Below, in pieces: positions 1-12,588 of a stretch of DNA of 64,000 nt. The notes under the pieces are model-generated. The model saw only the letters and a program-made list of their open reading frames with translations, was not told where the DNA came from and made no database searches. Source of the stretch: Spizellomyces punctatus DAOM BR117. Taxonomy: Eukaryota. The position numbers were made by a program, and so were the translations under genes. Where the stretch lies: assembly GCA_000182565.2 (NCBI GenBank), contig KQ257452.1; one strand, 5' to 3'. Every line of letters begins with the position of its first letter. Position 1 is the first letter of the stretch.

Positions 1-2
1 CT

Positions 3-716
3 CATGGATCTTTTGCTACCGCGCATTGTCGAGGAAGGATCGTAACGGCTCCCAAAAGCGAGGATGAGATTGATGCAACTCCTCTTCGTGACAATGAGAC
101 TGATTCTGAAGATGAGAACGTGCAACTCGACCCAGGGTGTGGAAAGGAATACACGCAGGAGTGGGTAAAAACCAAAATCTTTGCGGGAGAAATTCCCACC
201 TGTGAAAATTGCTCAGGATTGATAAAACCTGATATCGTCTTCTTTGGCGAATCTCTTCCGGAGCGATTTCACAGACTTATTGCCGCAGATTTTCATAAGT
301 GCGATCTAGCCATCATCATTGGCACATCCCTCCAGGTCGCCCCATTCTCCCACCTGATCAACATGGTCCCTCCACAGATCCCACGTCTGCTCATCAATCG
401 TGAGATCGTGGCCGTAGAAGAGTACTCTTCCACCCGTGGGTTTGATTTTGTAGGTGACAGACACAAATATAGACGTGACGCAGTGTTTTTGGGTACATGC
501 GATGAGGGTTGTGAGAAATTGGCGGAGTTGCTAAATTGGGGAGAAGACCTAAAAGCACTCATAGAGAGGGAGAGCAAGATTTTGCAAAACTTGCAGTCGG
601 GTGAAGCTGCCAAGAGTATTGCTGAAGCAATCGGAGAGGCTGTAGCTGTGAGCGATGCAAAGGAGGAAGAGGAGTTGATACGGGGAATGGAAAATCTCTT
701 GAAGGAGAAGGTATGA
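3..716 (+). CDS. NAD-dependent deacetylase, sirtuin class I (SIRT2/Hst2-like), 3' part; gene begins before the window
   Basis: Frame from nt 3 reads HGSFATAHC...CGKEY...PTCENCSGLIKPDIVFFGESLP...IIGTSLQVAPF...PRLLINRE...FLGTCDEGC, the canonical sirtuin motifs. Confidence 0.95.
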   Translation, partial: HGSFATAHCRGRIVTAPKSEDEIDATPLRDNETDSEDENVQLDPGCGKEYTQEWVKTKIFAGEIPTCENCSGLIKPDIVFFGESLPERFHRLIAADFHKCDLAIIIGTSLQVAPFSHLINMVPPQIPRLLINREIVAVEEYSSTRGFDFVGDRHKYRRDAVFLGTCDEGCEKLAELLNWGEDLKALIERESKILQNLQSGEAAKSIAEAIGEAVAVSDAKEEEELIRGMENLLKEKV

Positions 717-927
717 GGGTTGCGAGTTTTGCCCTTTGACACGAGAGTTAATTTAATAAGAATTTGTGCACATGTATCTACCGATGGCGCCCCATGTTTT
801 CACGACTGTAAATGACCCCAACCAGTAGCTCTAATCCAACATGAATCTATCTAGCCATCCAGAAAATGAAATTCCGCAATAAATATCAACATGGAAATTT
901 GACCCAAAAAAGCGCCACTATGCAAAG

Positions 928-3234
928 CTATGCTACCACCTCCATCAGTTGCTGTGCACCATCGGATTTCGGCTCTTTATTTTTTGGTCTTGTCCTGTGC
1001 ACCTCACAGACAAACCTGGACTTGCTGTTCTTTTCCTCAATTTCCACAGTCGCATCCTGAGCCTTGTTTTCCCCAACCGGGTTCAAAGCACCTCCTGTAA
1101 ATTTACAGCACGCCTTGCAAAGGCCAAAAGCACACTTGACGGATGCGACATTTGCACAAGTTTCGGTGGGGCATATGAGTACCTTGCCCTCTTTGATTCG
1201 GCGGGCTGGGTTGCGAAGTTGTCATTGGCCTAATGTCCGACATTTGATAGAGTGCACTTGGCTTCAATTCGCACCTTTCTTGGACAGATTCTCTGCAGCG
1301 CCGTTGGCTCCAGTACCGCAATCTGCCGACCTCTTCTTCCCACATCCATTCTGAACCACTTCCTTCGACACGGCTTCGGGATCCGTAGATGGCGTCTCCT
1401 CCTCACCACCCGCAGTAACATGAAGAACAGAAGGGGCAATTGGCCCATTTGTGGAACCTTCTGTCGTGCTCGAGAAGAGTTCGGGATCATCACTCTTATC
1501 CTCAGATTTCGTCTCTGCTCCTTTCGCATCTTCCCGAATAGGCCCGTTTGCTTTTTCGTCCACGGACTTACTCTTCAATGTCCCGTCCACCCGGAAGTAG
1601 GGTTGCAAAACCCAGCTTGGAAGCTTGCGAAAGCCGCTCTCGTCAGTTTCAAAGACTTCTGGCTGATACTCTTCTGCGCCACCGGATATGGCCTAGAGAT
1701 ATCCTCAGATTTAACAGCCAGACAATCCATGCATCATGACTGGAATACGTACAATTAATCGGTGTTTCAACTCCCTCACCGAATCAATAAAATCCTCCAA
1801 CTTATTTGCTTTCGCCAACTGTGTACGAATGTCTGTGTGCTCTGACAAGCTTTATATGATGCATAGATGGTAGGCATCAAGTTTAGACATGACTTGCAGT
1901 GCCTAGGAATGATGCAACGAAGAAAATACCATGGTTTGAACATCTTGAAGAGATGCCCACGTATAGCTCCTAAAGGAGCGCTTTTTGGTACGTTCTTACA
2001 TATTTGTAAATACTATGAGAGAAAGAGCGAGCGGTTCAGATTGGGAAGGAAATATTGTCAATAACCAGTCGTTGTTACCTCTTCTGCCAGCTTCCACGAT
2101 GCGTAATGCTTGCCCGTAAATAGTGCAGGATTATACAAGTTCCCCTCTATGAAAAATCATTTAGTAAATTGTCACTAACTATGTTGGGCACTCGGTAGTC
2201 TTTACCAGCGGTCATGACCCCATCGACACCAGTTGCGGTGAGACACCGCTCAATGTCCTCAAAATAAAGGATGTTACCGTTAGCAAACACTGGTATAGAT
2301 ACGGCTTCCCTAAAGAATAAAGCTGGATGAGGCCTCTCCTTGCGACACTATGGGGTCCCCAACAAATGTCCTTACTTGACTCGTCGTATTTGCTCCCAGT
2401 CAGCAAGGCCCGTCTTGTGTCCTTTTTGCTCCCGTACACGACCATGAACAGTGAGCAACTACAGATAAATGCGGCGGGCGTCAGACTATTCTGTTGGTGC
2501 CTTCCTCATCTAACTCTACGCACCTGACAGCCCGCTTCCTCAATCATTTTCGCATATCGAATAGTCTTCTCAACATCCGGGAAGACCCTAATCTTGCACG
2601 TAACAGGTACAGCAAGTTCTTTGTCTAAGGTTCGCACTAAGAAAGTGAATTGCATGATCAATACAAGGTTTCCGCTTTTCCTCGGCTTCTATCCAATTCG
2701 CAACGAGCATATACCCATCTCGGCAATAAGCTCCCATTCATCCTGCAAGAAAGCTCCATATCTCCCACGCCTTGCGATATGTTGGGGACATCCTAGATTG
2801 ATATCGACAGCATCACATTCATTTTCAACCATCTTTGCAGCTGCGAGGAGAATTTTTGGGTCATTTGCACAGAACTGTATATTGATGGCGATGAGCAAGT
2901 GTACGAAACGAAAACCAGAAATGAATAGATTACCTGTGCAATCAAAGGTCTGTCATGCTCCCCCGTCTGCCAGTTTTCTGCCCTATATTTCCCGTCCGGT
3001 TGGCTGAATAGTCGAGCATGTAGCATTGGGGTGTAACAGAGCTGGGCACCATATCGGTTCGAGAGAATACGCCATGCCTAAGGGCCGAGATAAGTTCAGA
3101 ATACCTTGGAATTAGAGTGCGCACAATCGTCTTGAGCTTACATATTCTGATTGTTCGACCATAGGAGCCACAATGTACTTGGGACTTTTCAAGACTTTTT
3201 CGTAAAACTCATAACCTTTCAGCTTGCGTGACAT
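928..3234 (-). CDS. DUS1: tRNA-dihydrouridine synthase 1 (multi-exon)
   Basis: Spliced exons give [66 protein letters not shown]. The C-terminal Cys-rich [23 protein letters not shown]...CEVH motif resembles DUS1L. ATG at 3234, TAG at 928. Confidence 0.93.
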
Positions 3235-3520
3235 GATTCTGGTGAGATATGGTAGCTCTTTGGTAGATGGTATTCTGTTGTAGTGTGCAATGGTAGGAAT
3301 AAGCATGGAAAAGTGATCTCGACCTCTGGAATCAAAGAATGGCCCTTTTGCTGCAGGATTGGATCCGTCCTAATGGTTTGAACCACTTTGCCAGGACATT
3401 GCACTTGTTCGTCCCGACATCGCATGGTTTCGTCTGCGATTGAAACAGGCTACTCGTTAATGCCGATGGCGGGCGCATGCTCGGAGTGGATCTGTCAGTT
3501 CTGATCCTTTTCGACTCAGG

Positions 3521-4456
3521 ATGCCGTCTACGGTCGCGCACGCCTTGGTCACGTTCGGAACCGGTCTGACCTTACATGCCCTAAGTGCCTACCGCTTCAC
3601 TGCGCTTCATGTCTTTCTTTTGACTCTGCATGCCACCAATGGTCCAGATATCGGGTCGGTCGTTGAATTTTTACTTTCCGGGATAGCGCCTGCGTTTGGC
3701 ACGTTCTTTATGAACGTTGTCCATTCCCCATTGGGGTATCCCTTCACACTCGGGCTGTTATGGACGAAGTTGGGCGTGTTCATGAGTGAGCGAGACATTC
3801 GTTGGGCTGGACGATCGTCTTGGTACTTGCAGGTAGTGCTAAGGCCCGACGCATGGAAAAAGCTTCCGCAAGGTTGCCTGGATGAGGATGTACAAGAGAG
3901 AAGCGAGCGATCCTTAACATTCTTTCGTTCTTGGCTTATCACTTTGGCTGGCGCATTGATGCACTTTCGTTGTGACACGATTTATGAAAATAATGGACAA
4001 GATCCGCTATACAAATGGATACTGTCCACTGGATACTGGCTTCCTGGTGCTAATGACGTTATCTACCCCTCTGTCGCAATCGCTTTTGTCTGCACCTTGG
4101 GCGGATTGCTGGGATCATTTGCGTTTATACACACCTCTCTACGAACAACGCTGCCTCTTCCTCTCCCTCAAAGACTGGTACAACTGTTAGGTGATGCACA
4201 GGGGAGAGCAATAGCGTCTGCCGGAGTAGCACTTTGTCTTGCTATAGGATATGTCGCTTTCGTTACGGCCAGACTTTCAATCGACCCTAGGATTCCTGCA
4301 GTGGGCGAGGAGGCCGATCTTGGTGTGATCTTATTTGAAGCGGCCACGGGTATTTTACCTTTGGTACTATGTGCTTGCTCGTGTCCGTATTTCCGCGAAG
4401 GGAGAAGTCCGGTAGTACATGAAGACGATACTGCCTTAGAGGATCGAACGAGTTGA
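3521..4456 (+). CDS. Intronless polytopic membrane protein, YdjM-like putative metal-dependent hydrolase
   Basis: 311-aa ORF with several hydrophobic segments and spaced H/D motifs: VAHA, NGPDIG, VVHSP, GALMHFRCD. Confidence 0.7.
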   Translation: MPSTVAHALVTFGTGLTLHALSAYRFTALHVFLLTLHATNGPDIGSVVEFLLSGIAPAFGTFFMNVVHSPLGYPFTLGLLWTKLGVFMSERDIRWAGRSSWYLQVVLRPDAWKKLPQGCLDEDVQERSERSLTFFRSWLITLAGALMHFRCDTIYENNGQDPLYKWILSTGYWLPGANDVIYPSVAIAFVCTLGGLLGSFAFIHTSLRTTLPLPLPQRLVQLLGDAQGRAIASAGVALCLAIGYVAFVTARLSIDPRIPAVGEEADLGVILFEAATGILPLVLCACSCPYFREGRSPVVHEDDTALEDRTS

Positions 4457-4898
4457 TAGAGATTTGGACAAATACCTCTCCCATAAAATGACTGAGAAAG
4501 ATCGTTCAGTGGGCGTTACCCTCAAATACACCAAAACTCAAAGACCTCAGCGGAAGGCAAACTCAAGCTCCTGTTTGGTTTCTCCTTTATCACAGCATCC
4601 TCGGATTGCTTTTAGCGAACATCTTCTGCTACAATTGTATCTATTTATTTAAATATATTCACTTTAGTTTTCAGTTTCTGCTATTTCTCGTTCAATACGT
4701 TCAATGGGCCTCTCAAACAAGTGCCACTACCAAATGGCCGCTGGTTCGCAACAGTGTTCAGTGTACACGTGATCTGAGGCTTTGGCCACGGCCTTCCTGA
4801 CCATTGGCAAGACCAGCGATCTCTCGCGCATGTCAACCAAACCATCTCACATTCGCATTTACAACCTGGCTCTGTGGCGATAGGCATTCTCTCACGTC

Positions 4899-6118
4899 AT
4901 GTCCACTGCAAGTCCGTTTACCCTTACCGACGATGACGTCGGAAACCCCTTTGCAGATACTCCAACTTCTCAGCCGTACCAGACTCCATCCTATATTCCG
5001 AGCAGCACGACCACCTATCCAACGTCTACAAATGCCGAAAACTTAACGGCCAGGGAAGAAGAGCTTCGCAGAAGGGAAGCTGAACTCAACGAGCGCGAGG
5101 CGACACTACGACGAGAACAGGAACAAATGCGGCAGGCTGGGTTCCACCCGCCAAACTGGCCGAAATTCTATCCACTCTTCTATCATGATATTGATGTGGA
5201 GATCCCTGAGGCTAATCGAAAAACGGTTTTGCAAATCTATCGCTTATGGTTAGCCACTATGGTACGATCAAGGCCCATCTGCTCCATCATATATTCTTAA
5301 TCGTCTCAACAAGTCTTTCTCAAGGTGTTACTGATTTGGAATATGATTTCGTGCTTGATGCTACTTGTTTCACATCCACGGAATATGAACAATGTGGCTA
5401 GTGACTTTGGGGTCAGTCTCGTGTATGGTATGTTTCCCCATTTTGTCCATTGTTTTGGCCTGGGTTCCGCTATGTTTGTATCTTATCCCCTATCTTAGTT
5501 TTCGTCATCGGAGGTGCGTCGTTGTACCTATGGTATCGACCCATATATATTGCTTTTCAAAGGAATACGGCATTATACTTCTGTAAGGTTTTCTTTTTGT
5601 CAGTTTGTTAAGAAATCTGAGACTGAACTGTATTTAAATATTGCAGATATCTTCCTGTTGTTCAACGGATTACATGTTGCGTAAGTTGATAATCTCTTTT
5701 GGGATGGTATGTGTAAGACAAACCTGATTCACATTCTGATACTTTCTAGATTTGCCTTTTACATGGCGGTGGGAATTCCGGGGTCTGGTAGCGGGGGATT
5801 CATCAACCTATTAGGGGTGCTTACGGACGGAAAAATTGTTGCTACAGTCTTTTGCGTTGTTGCCTTTGCTGGATGGATATTGGATGGACTGTATTCACTG
5901 TGGATGTGGAAAGCCGTGCATGGTTATAACAGGTCCGCCGGGCATACATTGGAAAGTGCGAGAAACGAGGCTGTAACTTATGGGGTGCGATCAGGCGCAG
6001 CACAGGTATGTCAGTCTCTCCAACCTTTAATGAATATGCGCTAAAAATCAATGGCGGTTCTGCGCAGACTGCGGCAAGTGCATACGTCCGTTCTGAATCT
6101 GGTAATTTCACTGTGTAA
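4899..6118 (+). CDS. Secretory carrier membrane protein (SCAMP family), multi-exon
   Basis: N-terminal NPF, coiled coil REEELRRREAEL, PPNWP..P.FYHDI..EIP, E-peptide LWYRPIYIAF, GIPGSGSGG, about four TM segments. Confidence 0.92.
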
Positions 6119-6877
6119 AGAGTAGGATATATAGGTACAGCATAGTGTAGGAGCATAGTATAGGAAGACAAATCAATGTAGAGTGTGTTTTTGGCGTAAA
6201 TAGGTCAACCGGATGGCAGTACCAAAGGGCTTTTTTTTTCAATTTGGAATCATTTTCAATAAATAGTAAGGTTGCCCTTAGAAGCTAACAAGCGGGCAAT
6301 ATGGCGATCTCAATCTGCTGTCAAACAGAACATTACCATATGGTGTCAGTCATAGTGCGACCGTGTAATCAACATACGCAACTCACCATGCAGCCTAGTT
6401 AATTCCAGTTCGGTAAATGGTATGAAGGGGAGGCGGCAAGGCGGGCATGCGCATTGTTGTGCCAATCCTGGGGAGAAAGGGCAAAGGTAAATGAAATCAA
6501 GGGACACTGTCATTATCATATTGTAATTTCGATGAAAAGCGTGTCTACGTGCATTTAGCTTCAGCGGGCATATCGGTGCGGATCTATCTTTTCGTTCTTT
6601 CTTTTCATCGCCGTGAATTCCCAGTTGGATGCCTTGTTGCAACTAACTCTGTGGGACGATTAATTGAAGACAACGTCAAGTCTCAAAAGGAATCTCCAAA
6701 AGGACAGTTTAATCCAATACGCGGGTAAAGGAACGCGACCGCGACGGAACACGCTTACCTACACATCGACCGCCAACGCGCGTTTCGCTGCGCTTGCCAA
6801 CACGCTTCCCATCTGGCCAGACATTGTGCTCAAAAATCAAGGTTTTGCGTTCCGTCTTCTCGCTGTGGTTATCTAGA

Positions 6878-8266
6878 ATGAGCCCAGCATCTGCAGCATC
6901 GGCAAATCAAAGCCTCGGGCAGCAACTCCTTTCGCCTCATCTCGCATCTGGCAACAGCATGTTCCCAAGCCCGGCTGGAACACCTCATCTCCTTATGGAC
7001 AATCGGCAACGACTACTTCCTTGCCATGCATTACCATACCATTCCCAGCAGCACCAGCACCATCAGCATCATCCTCGCTGCTGGAACTCTGGCCAGCATC
7101 GGTGTAGGAGCCTCAATGTCTCGCCAGTCGGAACTCCCGTAGTACCTTGGGCCACTCCTGCCGCTACACCGGGGAATCTTTCTCCGTGTGACGGTCCCAC
7201 TCCACAGGCGTCTCCACTCGCTTCTCCCAGCTTGGTACCCGCTTCTACGAGGTCGGCGCCCGTACCGAGGTCGTCGCAAGCTGCCCTTGCTCTCAGCCTT
7301 CTTCGCGTACAACAGAGTAACAGGAGAAGACTGATGCTTTTGAGGGAATTCTCCATGAATACACCTGAAAGCCATGCCGAAGCTTGTGAAGAACTCAAAG
7401 ATTGGTGTAATGATCGCAGGGCGTACGTACCCGAACTTGCAGCCGACTTAGATTTGACACTGAGGGTACGCGCAGCGTTTCTCAAAATGAATGAGGAAAC
7501 TTTCAATCTAACATTCCATATTTTGGACTGATGATCAGACCGCAACTGAAAGGGCTTTGCTGCCTGGTTTCAGCGTGGAAGCTGCCCTGCGCATATTTAA
7601 TGTTGTCGCCCGATACAGGGCCCTTATGCTCCCTTTGGCAGCTGGTAAGTTTCCTGTAACAGAGTACTCTGGAACGTGAAAGTGTAACAGATGACCTTCT
7701 GCTGAATAACAGAAAACTGTCGTCTTTACACGGACTGCTTGCTGCATCAGCAAAGCTTTTCTCTAAGTTTTGGTGAACATAACATTCCGCTCTCGTATGA
7801 TGACCCCCTCATGTCGGTCCACGAGAATCCCGAAACGCCTACCGAGAACAACGATCCGTCGTGCAGTCCTACGAACCCTGTTCCTTCAGGGCACTCTTTG
7901 CTGCAGAGCTGGAACTTTAGTTCTGGCCCTGCTGTTCCAGCAGAATCTGATCTTAAGAGTGATCCTCAATCGCCGAGCGCAGCCAGTCCCACCCAATCGG
8001 AAATGTCCCTGTTGGAGGACCAGGCACCCGGTACACCCGGAACTTTCCTGGGTTTTCTCAATGCTCAGTGTGCATCTGTTGAGGGAGATATGCAACAAGG
8101 TTCCTCAGGTTCTCAACGCCCATCATCTGCTGGTTATAATGACAACGCGATGAACTATGAAGCCTACGTCGATCTATCGGCCGCCAAAGCCATGATGACT
8201 ACAACCAACGCAGCTTTGTTAAACTCCGATACGGATGTTGGAATGGATATGAGCGTCATGAATTAA
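6878..8266 (+). CDS. Protein with a ZMIZ1 N-terminal-like helical domain between low-complexity regions (3 exons)
   Basis: Introns at 7466-7538 and about 7645-7712 join RVQQSNRRRLMLL...ACEELKDWCNDRRAY...LTLR|TATERALLPGFSVEAALRIFNVVARYR... in frame. Confidence 0.7.
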
Positions 8267-9255
8267 TGGGCCACTCCAACATGGACAACCGGGCAAATCG
8301 AGAATTGTACATAACTCCGTCCAACACTTATTTTATTTCAAACCTTCCGAAAGAAGTAGACGATGATAAATATCGCCAGCGAAAGTCACGTTCCGTTCGA
8401 CGCTTACCGTAAACTTTACGGCGTGAGGCAGACATTCTGGGGTGACGTGCTGGATATACACTATAGTTAACTTTTATCTATTTATTTTGCCTTTATTTAT
8501 TTATGAGAGCGTCCAACGGGTCGTCCAAGTGGCGATCACGTTCTGAGAAGTGGGCCTGGGGACGTCCTGTAGTTAGTTTTGTTAGTTGCCTGGTCATTCT
8601 TTAATATGTATGTAAAATATGATATCCTTAATGTCGGAAACTTAGAAAGTCTCTCACCAGCTCCCAGTAGCCCGAACGACGACAGAATGCCGCCAGAAAC
8701 GTTGGCCTTTTCAATTAAGAAAGGCGACCTTATGTAAGCAAACAACCAAAGATAACTCCGCTGCACCGCGCTCAAACGGCCTTCAACACCCGATAATTGT
8801 CAGGATAGCGTTTTGTTCGGTGGTGCACCACATTACCTCGTCAGCAGAGTTTCATTCGACAGTGACCCTTGGCAATAACTGAATTCGACGCGCTCTCTAC
8901 TCGTATTGTTCACTTTCCCCGCGCCGGGCCAACGAATTGCTGAACCAGATAAACGTGAGTGTCAAATTGGAAAAGAGTCTCTGATACCCTGCATTTTAGC
9001 GGGAAAGTGAGCGAATCCCAATTTTGGCAAGGGATAAAGAATAGAGGTAACGATTTTTTTCCGATACTCTGGGGTTGGAGGTGATACTGGTCTGGTGATA
9101 TGTGGATTGATTTTCTTGGGAGTTTCCACAAAAAAATGGTTGAATGCTGACGTTGTTCTGTGCCCTGACGTCCATTTACTATTAAAGGCTCCCTCGAATC
9201 CCATTGTACTCAGCCCGTCTTCCACAATTTGTATCCACCGCTGCAGCCCACACAA

Positions 9256-11572
9256 TGTTTCCGTTTGCTAGACGTTCCACACAACCATCGCATTTGCAGT
9301 CAAGCGACTCGCCGTCTACTTCGAAAAAGGCTTCTCTGGTGTCACCTCAATCGAACGATATAGTAGAAACCGGACTAGGGCGTGAAAGTCCAGGTAACGC
9401 AAGGGACGAGCGACCTGCAGGAGACCAGGAGGTGATGCCCGATCCGAACGTAATCGACGGCTGGTTTGATGAGATTATGGTAGGTTTTATGACCTGTATT
9501 GTTTTGTCGAGTTTTTGTTCTGACCACCCACCTAGGAATCACTGCTGCCAGAAACTTCTGCTCAAAAATATCCGCATGACCGGGCAGCTCAAATCAAACT
9601 GGACGCAGAGTCGAAATGGGCGTTGGTCCGAGCATACCGCTCGAAATCCTCGCTTTTCGATGAAAAGGCCGGAAAAGGGACGACACCAACTGGGCCCAGA
9701 CAACAGCCGTCCTCTCCTTTAGATTTTACCATGTTTTTAATGGCATACGTTGGGGACGGTGATACTGTATATACGGCCGATGAAACTTTGCTGAATATGA
9801 TTAGAAAGTTGAGAATCTGTGTGGCGTGTGAGCTGGTTGGGTAAGTCAACATTATACTTGCCGAAACCCGAACAGCCTTAATAATTCAAAATTTTTCTTG
9901 ACAGCTGGACGGAAACCTTTTTACAATATGATGGGCTTGTATATCTAACAAATCTCATGCGAAATATATCAGACAAAGCAGAAAAGTATGTAGCATTCAA
10001 TATGTTATACTACCATGCAGAGATATGTTGATATATCTCCGTCACATCAGGTCTCCTCACGATTGGACTCTGCATCTCGAGCTCACTCGCACACTTCGCA
10101 CACTCTGTTGCACTCAACCCTTCCTTTCGTACCTAATGAATTCGGGCAGCATTCTGTCACACCTCTGTCGGATTCTTTTCGGTTGGTGGAAGCAGCATCA
10201 CCATCATTCGGATCACTGGGACCGATGCATAGGAAGGATCCCGCAGGTCATATCGCCAGAAGAATCAGGAAAATCCAAACCAAAGCCCCGTTACCAGGCT
10301 TGTTCAGAGATACCCGAGCCCTCGATACTAAAAGATTCATCAACACGACCTCCCATGGCAAACCGGCGAGTGGGGCTGGAGGTTCTATCTTTGGTGATTG
10401 AGCATGGCGGATGGAAATGTGTGGTTATGGCTCTAGATACCGTTGCCGGTGCTAGTTCAGTACTAGAAGGGGACATTATCGGCTGCCGCGATTCCAATGA
10501 GTTTCTTCCAACGCCTGTTACCTTCATGCCTTGGATCAGCGTCACCCATCAAGTAACACTAAATCGGCTGCGTCATTGGGCAGGACTCACTGCGCGTGCC
10601 CATTCTATCTACCACACCTTGAAGCATACGATGGCATCGTCAAAGCACTATCGCTACAAAAATGTACCGAAAACCGTGCCGGCATTGGAGGAGGGGGACG
10701 GCGTCGAAGATGCAGATGTGGTGAGATACCTGAAAGCTAGCATTCGATTCGCGGTGGTGCTTGTAAGCCCTGGAAACAGGCCGAATTCTGAGAGTCCTGC
10801 ACACATCAGAAGGATCTTGGATGTGGCGGGGTGGAACAAAACGTTACAGGTATGCTCCTCCTTAACGACTTGCGCAACTGTATATTAAGCGCATCTTGCT
10901 TCTGCTGCATAGAAACTCAAGCAATCGCCGCATTCATCGATTCTCGCCACAGTGGAGAGATATATGAGAGAAAATATTGACGATGCGTCTAGAACTGAGG
11001 TGCAGGCTGGAACAACGCAGAACCGCCTTAGCCGGCCTCAGAGCATTACGTCACGTCATCGTCCCGTGCTTCCCACGGCAATTCGACCAGCTACCAGTCG
11101 TGTGCGCTCCCAGAGATCGCAGCCAGGCCTAGCGTCCAGAAGAAAACACGATGCAGCAACCAGGGTAGCAGCACAGGGATCAAGTGGTGTCGTAGGAATA
11201 AGAAGACCCGGAAGGAGACGCGTCGTGGTCGCAGGAAGGTCCCATGGGCATGGCGAGATAAATGAACACAGTCTCACTTCTGATGAAAGTGATCCTCGAC
11301 ACACTCTACCAAATGTGGCCGCCGCCGCTGAAAATCCAACGACAACACCAGAGCCTGAACCAGAGGACAATATCTCGCCTAGCACGACAGTAGCCGACGG
11401 TCCGAATCAGGAACAAAGTGAATCATCATCCTGGAATAATGTATCTGATGGAGAAGACACTTGCAGTGACGACACAAGTTCTAGCGAAGGAGAGTGGGAC
11501 TTTGGTGCAGCAGAAGGTCCCGGGCACGATGTGACACCGGCGGCGGAGGAACCATCTGTTAATGCGACTTGA
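9256..11572 (+). CDS. Formin-type GTPase-binding/armadillo (GBD/FH3-like) protein without FH1/FH2, multi-exon
   Basis: MPDPNVIDGWFDEIM|ESL..., LDAESKWALVR, LRICVACELVG|WTETFLQYDGLVYL, LELTRTLRTL follow the Drf_GBD pattern, then a disordered acidic tail. Confidence 0.65.
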
Positions 11573-11796
11573 TATATACATACGCTCACTACGGCACATA
11601 TATTTATTAAGTCTTATCCAAGTTGGAATGTATTGTGTTTGTAAATCTGTACAAGAAGGACAAAACTACCGCGAAGACCATTGGCGGGGACTTGCTTACG
11701 TATCTAGTTCGATCAACTGTTGCCATGGCAGGCCTCCCGCCCAGGGTGGAAGTCCCTCCTGCCTACCAGATCTCCACACAAGGACGCTCTTCAGCA

Positions 11797-12588
11797 ATGA
11801 CCGACCACGCTGAAGAGCAAGCAAACGAACTGGAGGCCCTTCGGTCCATTTTTCCTGATGAATTCGAAGAACTTGATGTCGGTCCGCCCGCCGCATTTCG
11901 AATACACATCAAGCCAGAAGACACCCCAGAAGATGTTGCCCACCTTGACCCATCACTATATCTCACAATAACCTATACAGAAACATATCCTGATACCCTC
12001 CCCGAACTGTCACTAACAGACGTTACCGGTCTTACAGAGGAGGATACACATACCCTCTTGGAAACGATCAACGAATGTGCAACGGAATATGTTGGAATGG
12101 CAATGGTCTTCACGCTTGCAACGTCGGCAAAAGAAACCTTTGAGCGACTGCTCCAAGAGCGATCGGAACGTATGGCCACGGAGGAAGCTGCCCGGATTGC
12201 GGCGGAGGAGGAGGCAGAACGACAACGGCACGCGGGAACTCGAGTCACACCGGCTACTTTTGACATATGGAAAGCCAAGTTTCTGGAGGAGATTGCTGGT
12301 ATATTGAAGCAACCTAAAGGGGAAGAGCTGCTAACACCAGCTCAACGCGCAGCAGCAGCTGTGGGTGGGCTATTGGAAAGTTTGAAGGGTGGGAAAGGGA
12401 CGAAACTGACGGGGAGACAGCTGTTTGAAAAAGATCAGTCTTTGGCGAAGAGTGATATGGCTTTCATCGAGGAAGGAGACGTCACTGTTGATGTAGAATT
12501 ATTCGAGGGGATGGAGGATTTGGATCTTGACGACGAGGATGAGGAAGAGAACTCAGTCTTGGCGAATTTTAGAGATGCAGACGATTAG
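11797..12588 (+). CDS. GIR2: RWD-domain protein Gir2/RWDD1 (DFRP2)
   Basis: EEQANELEALRSIFPDE, YTETYPDTLP, GMAMVFTL, HAGTRVTPATFDIWK, KLTGRQLFEKD; intronless. Confidence 0.93.
   Translation: MTDHAEEQANELEALRSIFPDEFEELDVGPPAAFRIHIKPEDTPEDVAHLDPSLYLTITYTETYPDTLPELSLTDVTGLTEEDTHTLLETINECATEYVGMAMVFTLATSAKETFERLLQERSERMATEEAARIAAEEEAERQRHAGTRVTPATFDIWKAKFLEEIAGILKQPKGEELLTPAQRAAAAVGGLLESLKGGKGTKLTGRQLFEKDQSLAKSDMAFIEEGDVTVDVELFEGMEDLDLDDEDEEENSVLANFRDADD

Noticed and set aside
8300-9200. Intergenic stretch with splice-like signals, possible ncRNA
   Set aside because: No tRNA, snRNA or snoRNA signature and no coherent ORF could be supported.
11719-11732. X-box-like GTTGCCATGGCAGG upstream of GIR2
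   Set aside because: The 3' half lacks AAC, and a single site is not enough evidence.
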